In this document: one piece after another, positions 45,536-55,756 of the stretch | Position numbering within the stretch: the first letter of the stretch is position 1 | Layout: each line of letters starts with the position of its first letter | NCBI GenBank assembly: GCA_012862495.1 | Contig: BLSG01000090.1 | Coordinates: 1-64,000, forward strand | DNA: 64,000 nt | Reading direction: 5' to 3' | From: Thraustochytrium aureum | Lineage: Eukaryota | Notes under the pieces: generated by a model | The model's input: the letters and a program-made list of their open reading frames with translations, nothing else | The model's database searches: none | What the model was told of the DNA's origin: nothing | Program-made: the position numbers and the translations under genes

Positions 45536-46361
45536 CTCGGCGGCGGTGTGCGCACTCGGCGNNNNNNNNNNNNNNNNNNNNNNNNNNNNNNNNNNNNNNN
45601 NNNNNNNNNNNNNNNNNNNNNNNNNNNNNNNNNNNNNNNNNNNNNNNNNNNNNNNNNNNNNNNNNNNNNNNNNNNNNNNNNNNNNNNNNNNNNNNNNNNN
45701 NNNNNNNNNNNNNNNNNNNNNNNNNNNNNNNNNNNNNNNNNNNNNNNNNNNNNNNNNNNNNNNNNNNNNNNNNNNNNNNNNNNNNNNNNNNNNNNNNNNN
45801 NNNNNNNNNNNNNNNNNNNGCCGCCCTCGTCCGTTGCTGTTGCTCGCTCAGGCTCTGCTCTGCGCCTGGCGCGCGGCGCCGTTTGGAGCGGCTTGGCTCG
45901 CTCCGTGCGTGGCGCGCGCGCGGACCTGAGAGGTTTGCGCTGTTGCTGGTGCGCACGGTGTTCGCAGATTGGAAACGAAACGAGCTGTGATCACATCACC
46001 TTCATCAATCAAGAGAGCGCAGTCGCGTTGCTGCCGCCAAGCTGCCGAGTTTGGGGCTCAGTGGGGCCGGCCCGAGCCGAGCCAGGCGCACGGGGATCAG
46101 CCTTTGAACTCTGCAAGTCTAGCTAGCACGCACTGGCGGGCACTCAGGTGGCAAGCGGAAAGAAGATGGTTGAACGAACACAGGCGCCGGTGCTCGGCGG
46201 CGCGGCCCGCGCGTTGCCGCAACCGCAACCGAGCAAGCTCACTATCTAAGTTTCTTCACGTCCGGCGGCGGGTCGAGGCTGCCTGCCTCTAGAGCGCGGC
46301 CCATGATGGGGATCGGGAGCGCGCAAGCCTAGCTGTCGTCGTCGTCGCGCTCTCGCCCAGC

Positions 46362-47179
46362 TCAAATGTTCGACTTGGACATCTCGTCCGCCTTGAGCTT
46401 GGCCGCCATCACCGCGCTGATTGCCGTCGCACGAAACGCGCCGCGCTCGAGCGCTTCGACAGCCGTGATCGTCGTGCCGCCCGCAGAGCAGACCTGGTCC
46501 TTGAGCACGGCGGGGTGCGTGCCAGTCTCCAAGACCATCTGTGCAGCTCCCTTGACGGTCTGTGCGGCAAGCTTGAGCGCCACGTCGCGCGTCAGGCCTG
46601 CGCGCACGCCGCCGTCTGCAAGCGCCTCGATGAGGATGAAGATGTACGCCGGCCCCGATCCTGAGACTCCCGTGACGGCGTTGAGGTCCTTCTCCTGCAC
46701 CTCGATCGCAAGACCAACGGCGTCCAACAGCTTGCCGACGAGAGCCATGTCCTCCTCGGTGGCGTTGGTGCCAGGGACGTAGCCAGAGGCGCTCTCCCCG
46801 CGGCGCACGGCGTGTTGGGCATGACGCGAATTACGCGCGACCGCTCGGGCAGCATGCTTTCGATCGAGGCGAGCGTCACGCCAGCCGCGATCGATACAAG
46901 CAGCTTGTCGCTCGTCACCGCCTCCTTGATATCCTTGAGCACGAGGGGAATGATGTGCGGCTTCACCGCCAAGAACACCACCGTGCTCTCCTTGACCACC
47001 TCTTTGGCCGTCATCAGCGCGCGTGCGCCAAGCTCCGTCAGCCGCTTGCGGCCCGCCTCCTGCACATCCGTCCCGCAGCACTGGCTCGCCGGGAGGATCC
47101 CCGCGGCCGTGATGCCCTTGATCAGCGCGGAGGCCATCATCCCGGCGCCAATAAACCCAACCACAGTCTTGTCCCCCAT
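46362..47179 (-). CDS. proC: Pyrroline-5-carboxylate reductase (frameshift near 46798)
   Basis: GFIGAGMMA, LAVKP, SIAAGV, RVMPNTP, TGVSGSGPAY, ALADGGV, V.SAGGTT. Confidence 0.95.
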
Positions 47180-47223
47180 CCTGCCCTCGACCAAGTCCCT
47201 CGCGCTCTGACCTGCCACTCCTC

Positions 47224-47253
47224 CTGCTGCTGCTCCTGCTGCTTCTCCTGCTG

Positions 47254-47287
<34 letters not shown>
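47224..47287 (-). repeat. Imperfect (CAG)n microsatellite 45 bp upstream of proC
   Basis: (CTG)n on the + strand. Confidence 0.95.
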
Positions 47288-47797
47288 ACTTCGCGTTCGG
47301 GCTCTGCTGAGTACCGTAGTGCGCCAGAACAGCCTGTGCCAGGGCCATTTACCCAACCTCTATGAAAATACGTTCCTTGCTCCCCCACACCTTCCCAATC
47401 AAAACTCTACAAGACCCCGTGTACTATTTTCATCACTTTAGTATTAGTTCGGTGCGCAAATAAACAGGACTATGCAGTGCCATAGAGGTGGGACGAGTTG
47501 NNNNNNNNNNNNNNNNNNNNNNNNNNNNNNNNNNNNNNNNNNNNNNNNNNNNNNNNNNNNNNNNNNNNNNNNNNNNNNNNNNNNNNNNNNNNNNNNNNNN
47601 NNNNNNNNNNNNNNNNNNNNNNNNNNNNNNNNNNNNNNNNNNNNNNNNNNNNNNNNNNNNNNNNNNNNNNNNNNNNNNNNNNNNNNNNNNNNNNNNNNNN
47701 NNNNNNNNNNNNNNNNNNNNNNNNNNNNNNNNNNNNNNNNNNNNNNNNNNNNNNNNNNNNNNNNNNNNNNNNNNNNNNNNNNNNNNNNNNNNNNNNN

Positions 47798-49604
47798 AGA
47801 GCGGCCGCAGGACGGGCGCGGAAGGACGGATGCCGCTGTTGCTGGTGGTGCCTGCGAGAGCGCTTGCAACTGTGGTGCAGCTGTTGGCGCCGAAGGACCT
47901 GCGCGCTCTTGGCAGTGCTGCGCGGCGATGGCGCTCACCATTGAGTGCCTCGCACGGGTCGCTGATGGCGGCTACAGGGTGCACAGCGTGGACGATTATT
48001 TTCGCAACGGCCTTGCTGCGCTGGAGCAGCACGGCAAGCGCCCTCCGTGCTTTGCCGCGAAGCAGTTCACAGCGACAGAGCTCGACGCGCTTGTCCAGCT
48101 CGCGGTGCTCTGCGGCAAGGCCCGCGCGATGCTCGTATCGAAGGAACGGCAGGTAGGCAGCCTCGTTGTGGATGATTTGCCGGACAAGTTGCTCCCGCCA
48201 GAGTTTTCGAGGCTCATGCGCGGGCTGGGCCGCAAGCTGGTCCACCACCTTGTTGCAGATCCTGCTCTGGCCCGCACCGCACTGCTCTGCAAGCGGCGTG
48301 TCATGTTTGGTCCCGGGAAGCGCGGGCTCTTTGTCCGGCAGCTTGGCGCGCCGGACGGCGAGCACATGAGCGAGAGCTCCGACGACGAGGCTGGTCCTGG
48401 CAGCCCCGGCACTCAACGTCCGGGCGAGCAAGTGAACGACAGCCAACAGGGCGAGGGCAGGGCGGCGCACAGTCCATCCGTAGAGAGGACTGCCAGTCCC
48501 GACGGAAGCGTAGAAAGCGGCGTCCTCGGAGCAAGATCTGACGAGGAGCTCGATGAGGACGAGGAGCTCGATGAGGACGAGGAGCTCGATGAGGACGAGG
48601 AGCTGGAAGGCGAGGAGGGCGAGGGCGAGGCTGACACGTACATGCCCTCGGCGCAAGAGCGCGAGCGAATCGACATCATCCTCGGGAAGGGCACGTCGCC
48701 GGGATTTTACTCGCTCAAGCAAGACATGCTCAATGGAATTGTCAACGTTCTCGAGAACCAATATGCGTACTGCACGCAGGTTTTGCGGTTCCGGCCCAGC
48801 GAGGGCCGCACGTCGGAGCGCAGGTCGCCGCGCGCGTCGCGGCCGCAGCTGATAACCGCTGGCTTACCCCGGACAGGGTCGCGAGCCTTTACACGAGCGG
48901 GTTTTGCGTCGTGGAGGGTTTCCTCTCCGAGGATATTGTTCAGCAGATATTCGTGCAGTGCATCGGGTTCGTGCGACAGACGCACGAGCTCATGTCGCTC
49001 CACCAGAGCGCTTGGAAGAGCTCCAAGATGGCGCGCCACCCCCCTTTCTGATGGCCAGAGGCGACCCGCCATCTGCTCGAGGCGACTGCTTGATGTGGCT
49101 CAACCGCGAGGTGCCGCCAGCGAGCCTGCCGCCGCTCTCCCTCGGTAAGTCGTGAAAGGCGCTGGCTGGCTCTGGATTGCCATGGCTTGCAGGCCTGTGC
49201 GCTGACACGAGAAATCTGCTGCTGTGCAAAGCCATGGACCAGTACACAAGGCTCTACGAGGAGGTCGGCTCTGTGGTGCGCCTGCAGGGCGGGCGGGAAG
49301 CGCAACTGGCATTTTATCCAGACCAAGGCGAAGGCTACAGGCGCCACCGCGACGCAACCCCAGACAACGGCGCCGAGCCAACAGACAACCGCAGAATTAC
49401 AGCCATCACGTACTGCAACCCGGTGTGGGAACCCTCGCACGGCGGAACGCTCTGGCTCTGGCTCAGCCACCTCGCAGGCGAGCCCGTGATCGAAGTCGAG
49501 CCGCGCCCGGGGAGGATGCTGCTCTTTCTGAGTGGGCTCATCGACCACGAGGTGCGGCCCCAGTTTTTAGCGCCCGTGTGGCCATCACCAACTGGTTTTG
49601 GTGA
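47798..49604 (+). CDS. EGLN/PHD-like 2OG-Fe(II) prolyl-hydroxylase family protein; one intron, frameshifts near 48783, 49040 and 49560; start uncertain (gap)
   Basis: GFCVVEGFL, RGDCLMWL, YRRHRD (HxD), RRITAITYCN..W....GGTL, HEVRP, RVAITNW. Confidence 0.85.
48543..48603 (+). repeat. 18-bp coding tandem repeat (GAGGAGCTCGATGAGGAC)x3+, encoding EELDED
   Basis: Directly visible. Confidence 0.9.
49145..49231 (+). other. Spliceosomal intron (87 nt, phase 1)
   Basis: GTAAGT donor, CTGAC branch point at 49202-49206, AAG acceptor. Splicing removes an in-frame TGA and joins ...PPLSL-A-MDQYTRL in frame. Confidence 0.8.
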
Positions 49605-49804
49605 ATGAGAGCCGGCAGCGCTCCAAGGCTGGCCTGAAGAGATGATGAGGGGCTCGGCTTTGTAGGAGCCTGCCCGTGAGAAAATAAAGAAAAAGTTGGA
49701 CTTGACGGCGTGCACTGTAGCAGCAAAACTAATCGCGGGTCGCGGTCGTCGAAGACGGTCCCGGGCCAGCTCTGCGAAATCGATCGGCTACTTTGGCCAA
49801 GCGA

Positions 49805-51159
49805 TCAAGCGGAGCGCGGCTTGGCGTGCACAAAGAGGCCGTCCTTGGGCCCAAGCGTTCCCACGTTGATGCTGATCTCGGAGATCTTCTTCCCGCGGGA
49901 CGGCTCTGCCAGCTCAAAGTCAAAGTGCGCGAGCATCTCCGCGGTGAGCACAAGCGCCTCCATGAAGGCAAAGGGACGGCCTACGCAATGGCGCGGCCCA
50001 AACGTGAAGGGGCAGAACCTGTACGACTCCGGGTTCCAGGCGCGATAGGCAGCTCCGTTCCAGTCCTCCTCCGGGAGCCACTNNNNNNNNNNNNNNNNNN
50101 NNNNNNNNNNNNNNNNNNNNNNNNNNNNNNNNNNNNNNNNNNNNNNNNNNNNNNNNNNNNNNNNNNNNNNNNNNNNNNNNNNNNNNNNNNNNNNNNNNNN
50201 NNNNNNNNNNNNNNNNNNNNNNNNNNNNNNNNNNNNNNNNNNNNNNNNNNNNNNNNNNNNNNNNNNNNNNNNNNNCATCCGGTGGCAACGTCGGTGGCGC
50301 GGTTCACCACGCCGTTCGAGTAACCGTGCACGACGCGCCGGGACGCGCTGCGTGTCTTCGCCGCCTCCGAGATGTTCGAGCTGAGCGTCAGCGCTGACTT
50401 GAACGCTTGACGCAGCGGTGCGTTGGTCTCCTCCATGTAAGCCGGGTCCTCGCCGAGCAAGGCGAGCTGGAGTTGCGCCATGGCCTCGAACAAGAAAAAC
50501 TCGTTGAGCTCGATCGTGGCGCGCCCGCCCTCGCTCATCGCCAGCAGCTTATCGCGCACTGAAAACTCTGCGCGGGCCTTGGAGATCGGAAAGATTTTCG
50601 ACAGGCTCGCGACCGGCAGAAAGGCCTCAGAGAGGTGCTCGCGCTGCGCTCGCCACGAGTCGATGTCGCGCGTCGCTAGAACGCCGTCGCCCAGGAACGC
50701 GATCCCGTAGGCATGGGCCTTGCGAACGTGGGTGCGCGCCATGCGCTGGGCGTCCTTGGGGTTGCAGATCATCACCATGGCGTCTACGTACGGCATGGCG
50801 CCTTTCGGCACGACGCTGGTGGGGAAGACGATGTTGGTCCCTGGGCCGCCGCTTTTCACGGCCCAGTCGAACCAGAACTCGTGCAGCTTGCCAGAAATGG
50901 AGGCGCGGCTCACGGCAATCAGGGCGCCCTCCTTGCCGAGCTCGTGCATTGGGCCTGGCAGCTCTTTGAGCACTCGTTGACGGTCCTCCAAGAGGGTCTT
51001 GTCCTCAAGCATGCCCATCAGCTCCGCGGTGCCCAACGACGCGCCCTCCACGGACCCCGCGTCTTCTTGCGCTGCCGCGCAGTCCGTGGCGCATAGGCCA
51101 CCGACATGCTCGGCGCTCTTCCCGTCGAGGTGGCCCGCAAGGACTTGCACGCGCTTCAT
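49805..51159 (-). CDS. Cytochrome P450 without an N-terminal TM anchor, with PTS2-like N-terminus (I/K helices in gap)
   Basis: Heme motif PFTFGPRHCVG followed by FAFME, and C-helix WRAQR. N-terminus is MKRVQVLAGHL with an in-frame TAG upstream of the ATG. Confidence 0.9.
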
Positions 51160-52085
51160 GATCCCTTCCTTGCGCAGCGCTTGTACAATCCACTAAGCGA
51201 GCAGCGGGCCGCAGCAGCACTGACGCGCTGTGACGAGTCCTCGCGCGTCTCTCTCCGCCGATCGATCGACGCCTCCCTGGTCAATCCCGCGCGTTCAGGG
51301 TCTGGCAGATTGATCTCCATCTGAGTACTCTACTCTGTACATTGCAATCCGCAAGGTGTCGTTCCGATCTATGCCTGATCGCGCAGGTGGCCGCCTTCGG
51401 CCAGCTCCAACGGCCATTGCGTCGTCGGCCGCTGCGTTAGCTTCACATCCACTGTTCCTGGCCCTGATTCCCAGCTCGCTGCCTGCCGGTGCGATGCGGT
51501 GTGGGCCGGACTCGCGGGGCGGCCTCGGACAACGTCGCGCGTCCATGTGGCCCACTTTCGTTTCTTCACGTCGTGTTCCCTCCAACGAAGGTCATGCATG
51601 GATCGATCGATGGTCACGCACAAGTCCTCCGCGTGAGTGCAGTACTCTGCTGCACCTTCGTCCCTGCTCCCGACACTGTAGAGCCCAACAGCTAGCTAGC
51701 TAGCTCCATCGCTGTCCAGTCCGCGGTGGCGTGCCATGGTCACGGTCCGCCAGTGGTCGTGCAAAGAAGGGGCACCTTGGCGAGCGAGACGGGCAACCCC
51801 AACCTAAACCCGCCTACAAGTAGAGTAGGCCCACGAAGATAGGTTTTTCGACGATTGACGGGCTGGCGAGCAAGACGCAGGGCAGCGCGCGTGCCGGGCG
51901 TTGGAGGCTGGGCAGCGGCTGCTATTGGCTTGCAGGCGCCCTTCGCTGTTGGTGGCCGGGTCCGGTGGTGGTCCTGGCGGCTTCTGGCNCCGAAAAAAAG
52001 GCGAGGAATCTTGCGAGTCACGCGCGGCGCCGCTGCAGGCTCGACGGCTCAGCTGGGTGGGTCGCCAGGAGCAGCGGTGGAACGG

Positions 52086-55000
52086 ATGGGCCGCTGGAAA
52101 CCGCGCCGGATAGGCTTGGCGCGGTTGGCCGCCGTTGCTCTTGCGGCCGGTGAGGCCAGCTGTGGGACGACGGCGGTGCTGCCCTGCATTTTGGGGCCGC
52201 AGGAGTGGGGGCAAGCGAGGGCTGCGGTCCCCGCGCAGTCCAGCTGCGTGGGTGGCGAGTGGAACAGCTGGAACTTTAACAGGGAAACTTTGCCGCCCCC
52301 ATGCTGGGAAGTCAAAGACGCCCCGAGCAAGCTGCTATGCGAGCACTATCTACAACTCGAGCACAGCTCGCAAGGCTGCGGACCGAATGTCCTGCGGTAT
52401 TCCGACCTTTGCCCGCCGCCGGAACCCGCTTCAACGAGCGTGAGAGGCGCAACGCGGCTGCTTGACATCGTCGCCCTCGACGCCGTTCCTTCCCCGCACA
52501 AGAGCACGGCGTGCGAAAATTGCGCGTACCGCGGACGTGGAAGCACCCAAGGCGGCTCCGTCGTTGTGTGGGACGCGCAGCCAGAAATCGTCAACCCGAT
52601 TTTGAGCCACGTCCAGAACGGCACTGTTTGCGCAGAAAACAGATGGTCTCTTTTCTTCAGAGCAAGCGGCACTCCAAGCCAGACCACGATCGAGAGGCTC
52701 TTCTCGCCCCCAACGTGCGACCGCCTCGTCCGACACGACGCCGTCGTGCTCGACATACTAGGCTGGCACCCCGGCCACTTCATCATCGACGTGCTTGAGC
52801 CGCTATTTTTCGCAAGGGAAAAGTACGGCCTGGAACGCAACAATACCGTGATTTTCTTCAATGTCGCCGAGAAAGACGACATGCACAAGTTCGCAGCTTT
52901 CTTTGTGGCCCGCGACCTGTGGAGCGACAACATTTTCTCTTTGCTGCGAGAATTCTCGTCCTTCTCGGTCTTTAGCAAGCGAGCGTTGGACGCCCTGCCA
53001 GGCACGACGTGCTTCGGCGGGCGGCTACTTGTGCAGCTGGACATCAGTGAGACCTTTTCGGTCGCTCCAGCTCTGAAGGCGCTGCAAGCCAGCCACGCGA
53101 CGCGGTACCAGCGGCTCGGGGCCTTGCTTGCCTCGAGCGTCCTGGGCTCGTCGCACGGTGCTCCGCGCAGGTCGCGCGTTCTTGAACAAGGGCCAGCAAT
53201 CACCGTGGTACGCCGCAAGGGCGGCCGCTCGGTGTCGAATTGGGACGCCATCGTCGACGCCCTGGAAATCAAGCTGGGCGCTGCGCGAGTGCGCCAGGTC
53301 TTTCTTGAAACCATGCCGTTCTCGGAGCAGGTGCGCCTTTTCAACCTCGAGACCGACATTCTGCTTTGCCAACAGGGCACAGCGGCTCATAACACCCTGT
53401 TTATGCGCCCAGGATCCGCTATTGTTCTGCTGATGCAGCCANNNNNNNNNNNNNNNNNNNNNNNNNNNNNNNNNNNNNNNNNNNNNNNNNNNNNNNNNNN
53501 NNNNNNNNNNNNNNNNNNNNNNNNNNNNNNNNNNNNNNNNNNNNNNNNNNNNNNNNNNNNNNNNNNNNNNNNNNNNNNNNNNNNNNNNNNNNNNNNNNNN
53601 NNNNNNNNNNNAGTTTACGGAGCAAGCCGCGCGGGCCGGCATCGCGGCCTTTGCGGTCTGCAGTCGGCTGCCGCTTCCTCTCGGAGGCGCGCCTCGCACG
53701 GCGGTCTTGGCCTCGATCGTGGTGAACGTGCAACGAGCAGTGAAATCCGCTTGGCCCATCGTGTGCGGTGGCACCGAAAGGGCTGGCTCCAGGGCCCCTG
53801 GTTCACAAAAGATGCAGACCTTCTCGCAGACATTGACGACGTCGTGCAGGCCACATCTTCGGCAGTGCACTTCGTCGAAAAGTACGAGGAGGACGGCCTC
53901 ACCGAGCAGGACGCCGGGCTCCAGGGACGGGCGCAGTACCAGGCCTCTTTCACGAACCTCGACGCGACGGAGGGCGATGCAGAAGTGGGGCACTCGGCGC
54001 GGGGCGCGCCGGACGTCCGCGCCATCCTGAGTGCTGTCAGGCAGGCACAATCGCTGGTCGGGGTCGTGCCTGAGCTAGCCACTTTTGGCCAGTCTGCTGG
54101 CGCTGCGCTCCTGGGAGAATGGATGCAGACAGCCACGTTTTGCCTTGTTTCTCTCAAACTCGGATCAAGCCCAACACACTGCGAACCGGCCGTGAGTGCG
54201 CCAGCATGCGTTTCCAGCGCCGACATCAGCGAAACCGGCGAGCTTTACCTCATGGCACACAAAAACGCCTTCCTGGACGTCGTTCTGCAGAGTTGGATGC
54301 TGTGGCCCTCAGGGGCGCGCTCCGAGAGTGCCTTTCTCTCCATCGGTCGCATCGCTGAGGAAACCGAGGACGCGGTTGACGTGTTCAGAGATCTTGAAGG
54401 GAGCGGCGTCGTCGTTCCCGCGGAAGGTCCGAGCCAGCCTGCCTTCTCCGTAGCCGCTGCGAGCGCCAACCCAGTCAGCGCTGCGCAGCTCGCCGTGGAG
54501 CAAGTCTGCAAGAATGCTGGCCTTGCAGAGCCTTGCCAATGTGCCTACGCCGCGACCCGCCTCCGTCGCGCGTTGCTGGCCAATCGCCACGCTTCTCGAC
54601 TTGGTTTGCTTGTGAAGCCAGAGGCAGGGCCGACGCCGGAGCGCCCCTTCGTGTTCCTGCACGTCGAGAAGACTGCGGGAACTTGCCTCCGCCACATCTT
54701 GGCGCAGAGCCTCCCTGCGCGACGTGGGCGCGCATTTATCCCGTGCCACAATGGCGTACCGTGCGCAACGTTCGAGATGCCGCTCAGCAAGCGCCAGGCT
54801 TGCCGGAGCGACGAAGAATGCGGTGCAAGCGACGGGGAGAACGCGTCGATCTTCGCGGGCCACTTTGTCTTCGGGTCTTGGGAGCCGCGGCAAGTGGGGC
54901 AGTGCGTGACGATGCTCCGGCACCCTGTGGCCCGCGCCGTGTCCTACTACTACGAACGCGTGTTCCCGAACGCGGGCCAGGTTGCCTTCAACTCCCTCTC

Positions 55001-55478
55001 GACAGAGCAGCTTGCAGAGTATCTGGACCGCTGGCGCGGCTCTGCGTTCGGGCGATGGCGCGACGAGGGCTTGGCTGACGCTACGTGCAAGATGCTCTGT
55101 GGTGTGCGCCAGTACACGGGGCTCTTGCCCTCTGAGAGCCCAAGAGCGTACTCGGGCCCTCCCTGCAACGCAGCGCTAGCGGTCAGCAGACTCGAGCAGT
55201 GCGTGGTAGGGATCCAGGAGCGGTGGGAAGACTCCATGCGAGTGCTCGCCTACTATGCTCCGTGGCTCGACAGCGAAATCGGCGGGGGCTGTCCGCGAAC
55301 CACTGACGGAGCCAACCCGGGCCGCGACGCGCCCGAGCGAGACCGCTCTTTGGTCCGTGCAGATCTTGCCGCGCTTGTCCTGTCGCGAAACGCGTGCGAC
55401 ATGATGGTCTACGACGCTGCTCTCAAGCAATTTGAGGCACAGCTACAGGTAGCTCGCGCCGCGCGGGGCCAGATATGA
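52086..55478 (+). CDS. Secretory-pathway glycosyltransferase family 61 fused to a sulfotransferase domain (internal gap)
   Basis: N-terminal signal-like segment. GT61: HPGHFIID, RSVSNWD, ETMPFSEQVRLF...DIL..QGTAAHNTLFMRPGS. Sulfotransferase: 5'-PSB FLHVEKTAGT and 3'-PB MLRHPVARAVSYYY. Confidence 0.8.
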   Translation: MGRWKPRRIGLARLAAVALAAGEASCGTTAVLPCILGPQEWGQARAAVPAQSSCVGGEWNSWNFNRETLPPPCWEVKDAPSKLLCEHYLQLEHSSQGCGPNVLRYSDLCPPPEPASTSVRGATRLLDIVALDAVPSPHKSTACENCAYRGRGSTQGGSVVVWDAQPEIVNPILSHVQNGTVCAENRWSLFFRASGTPSQTTIERLFSPPTCDRLVRHDAVVLDILGWHPGHFIIDVLEPLFFAREKYGLERNNTVIFFNVAEKDDMHKFAAFFVARDLWSDNIFSLLREFSSFSVFSKRALDALPGTTCFGGRLLVQLDISETFSVAPALKALQASHATRYQRLGALLASSVLGSSHGAPRRSRVLEQGPAITVVRRKGGRSVSNWDAIVDALEIKLGAARVRQVFLETMPFSEQVRLFNLETDILLCQQGTAAHNTLFMRPGSAIVLLMQPXXXXXXXXXXXXXXXXXXXXXXXXXXXXXXXXXXXXXXXXXXXXXXXXXXXXXXXXXVYGASRAGRHRGLCGLQSAAASSRRRASHGGLGLDRGERATSSEIRLAHRVRWHRKGWLQGPWFTKDADLLADIDDVVQATSSAVHFVEKYEEDGLTEQDAGLQGRAQYQASFTNLDATEGDAEVGHSARGAPDVRAILSAVRQAQSLVGVVPELATFGQSAGAALLGEWMQTATFCLVSLKLGSSPTHCEPAVSAPACVSSADISETGELYLMAHKNAFLDVVLQSWMLWPSGARSESAFLSIGRIAEETEDAVDVFRDLEGSGVVVPAEGPSQPAFSVAAASANPVSAAQLAVEQVCKNAGLAEPCQCAYAATRLRRALLANRHASRLGLLVKPEAGPTPERPFVFLHVEKTAGTCLRHILAQSLPARRGRAFIPCHNGVPCATFEMPLSKRQACRSDEECGASDGENASIFAGHFVFGSWEPRQVGQCVTMLRHPVARAVSYYYERVFPNAGQVAFNSLSTEQLAEYLDRWRGSAFGRWRDEGLADATCKMLCGVRQYTGLLPSESPRAYSGPPCNAALAVSRLEQCVVGIQERWEDSMRVLAYYAPWLDSEIGGGCPRTTDGANPGRDAPERDRSLVRADLAALVLSRNACDMMVYDAALKQFEAQLQVARAARGQI

Positions 55479-55756
55479 CAGTGCAGCTAGCATCGCAGCG
55501 CGCCGGGCGGGCGGCCGCGGAGCCTGGCACGCTTATGCAGGCTCGTGCGCTGCGCGGGGCTGGCGCTCTCTCTGGAAGGCAGGGCCACCCACTAGAGACT
55601 GTGCGATTGAGCGGGCAACGCCCTCCCTCTGGTTCTAGTAGAGCAAGGTACTTACTCTACTGTAGCAACGAGTTTTGTAGTTTGCTAGGCGCCGCTGTTC
55701 GCCAGTATCGACTCGCCACGGCCGAGCCAACGCTGCGGCGACAGCGAGGCGTACGC

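Noticed and set aside
6022..47179. Calling the frameshifted genes pseudogenes
   Set aside because: Conserved motifs are intact on both sides of each break and there are no accumulated stop codons.
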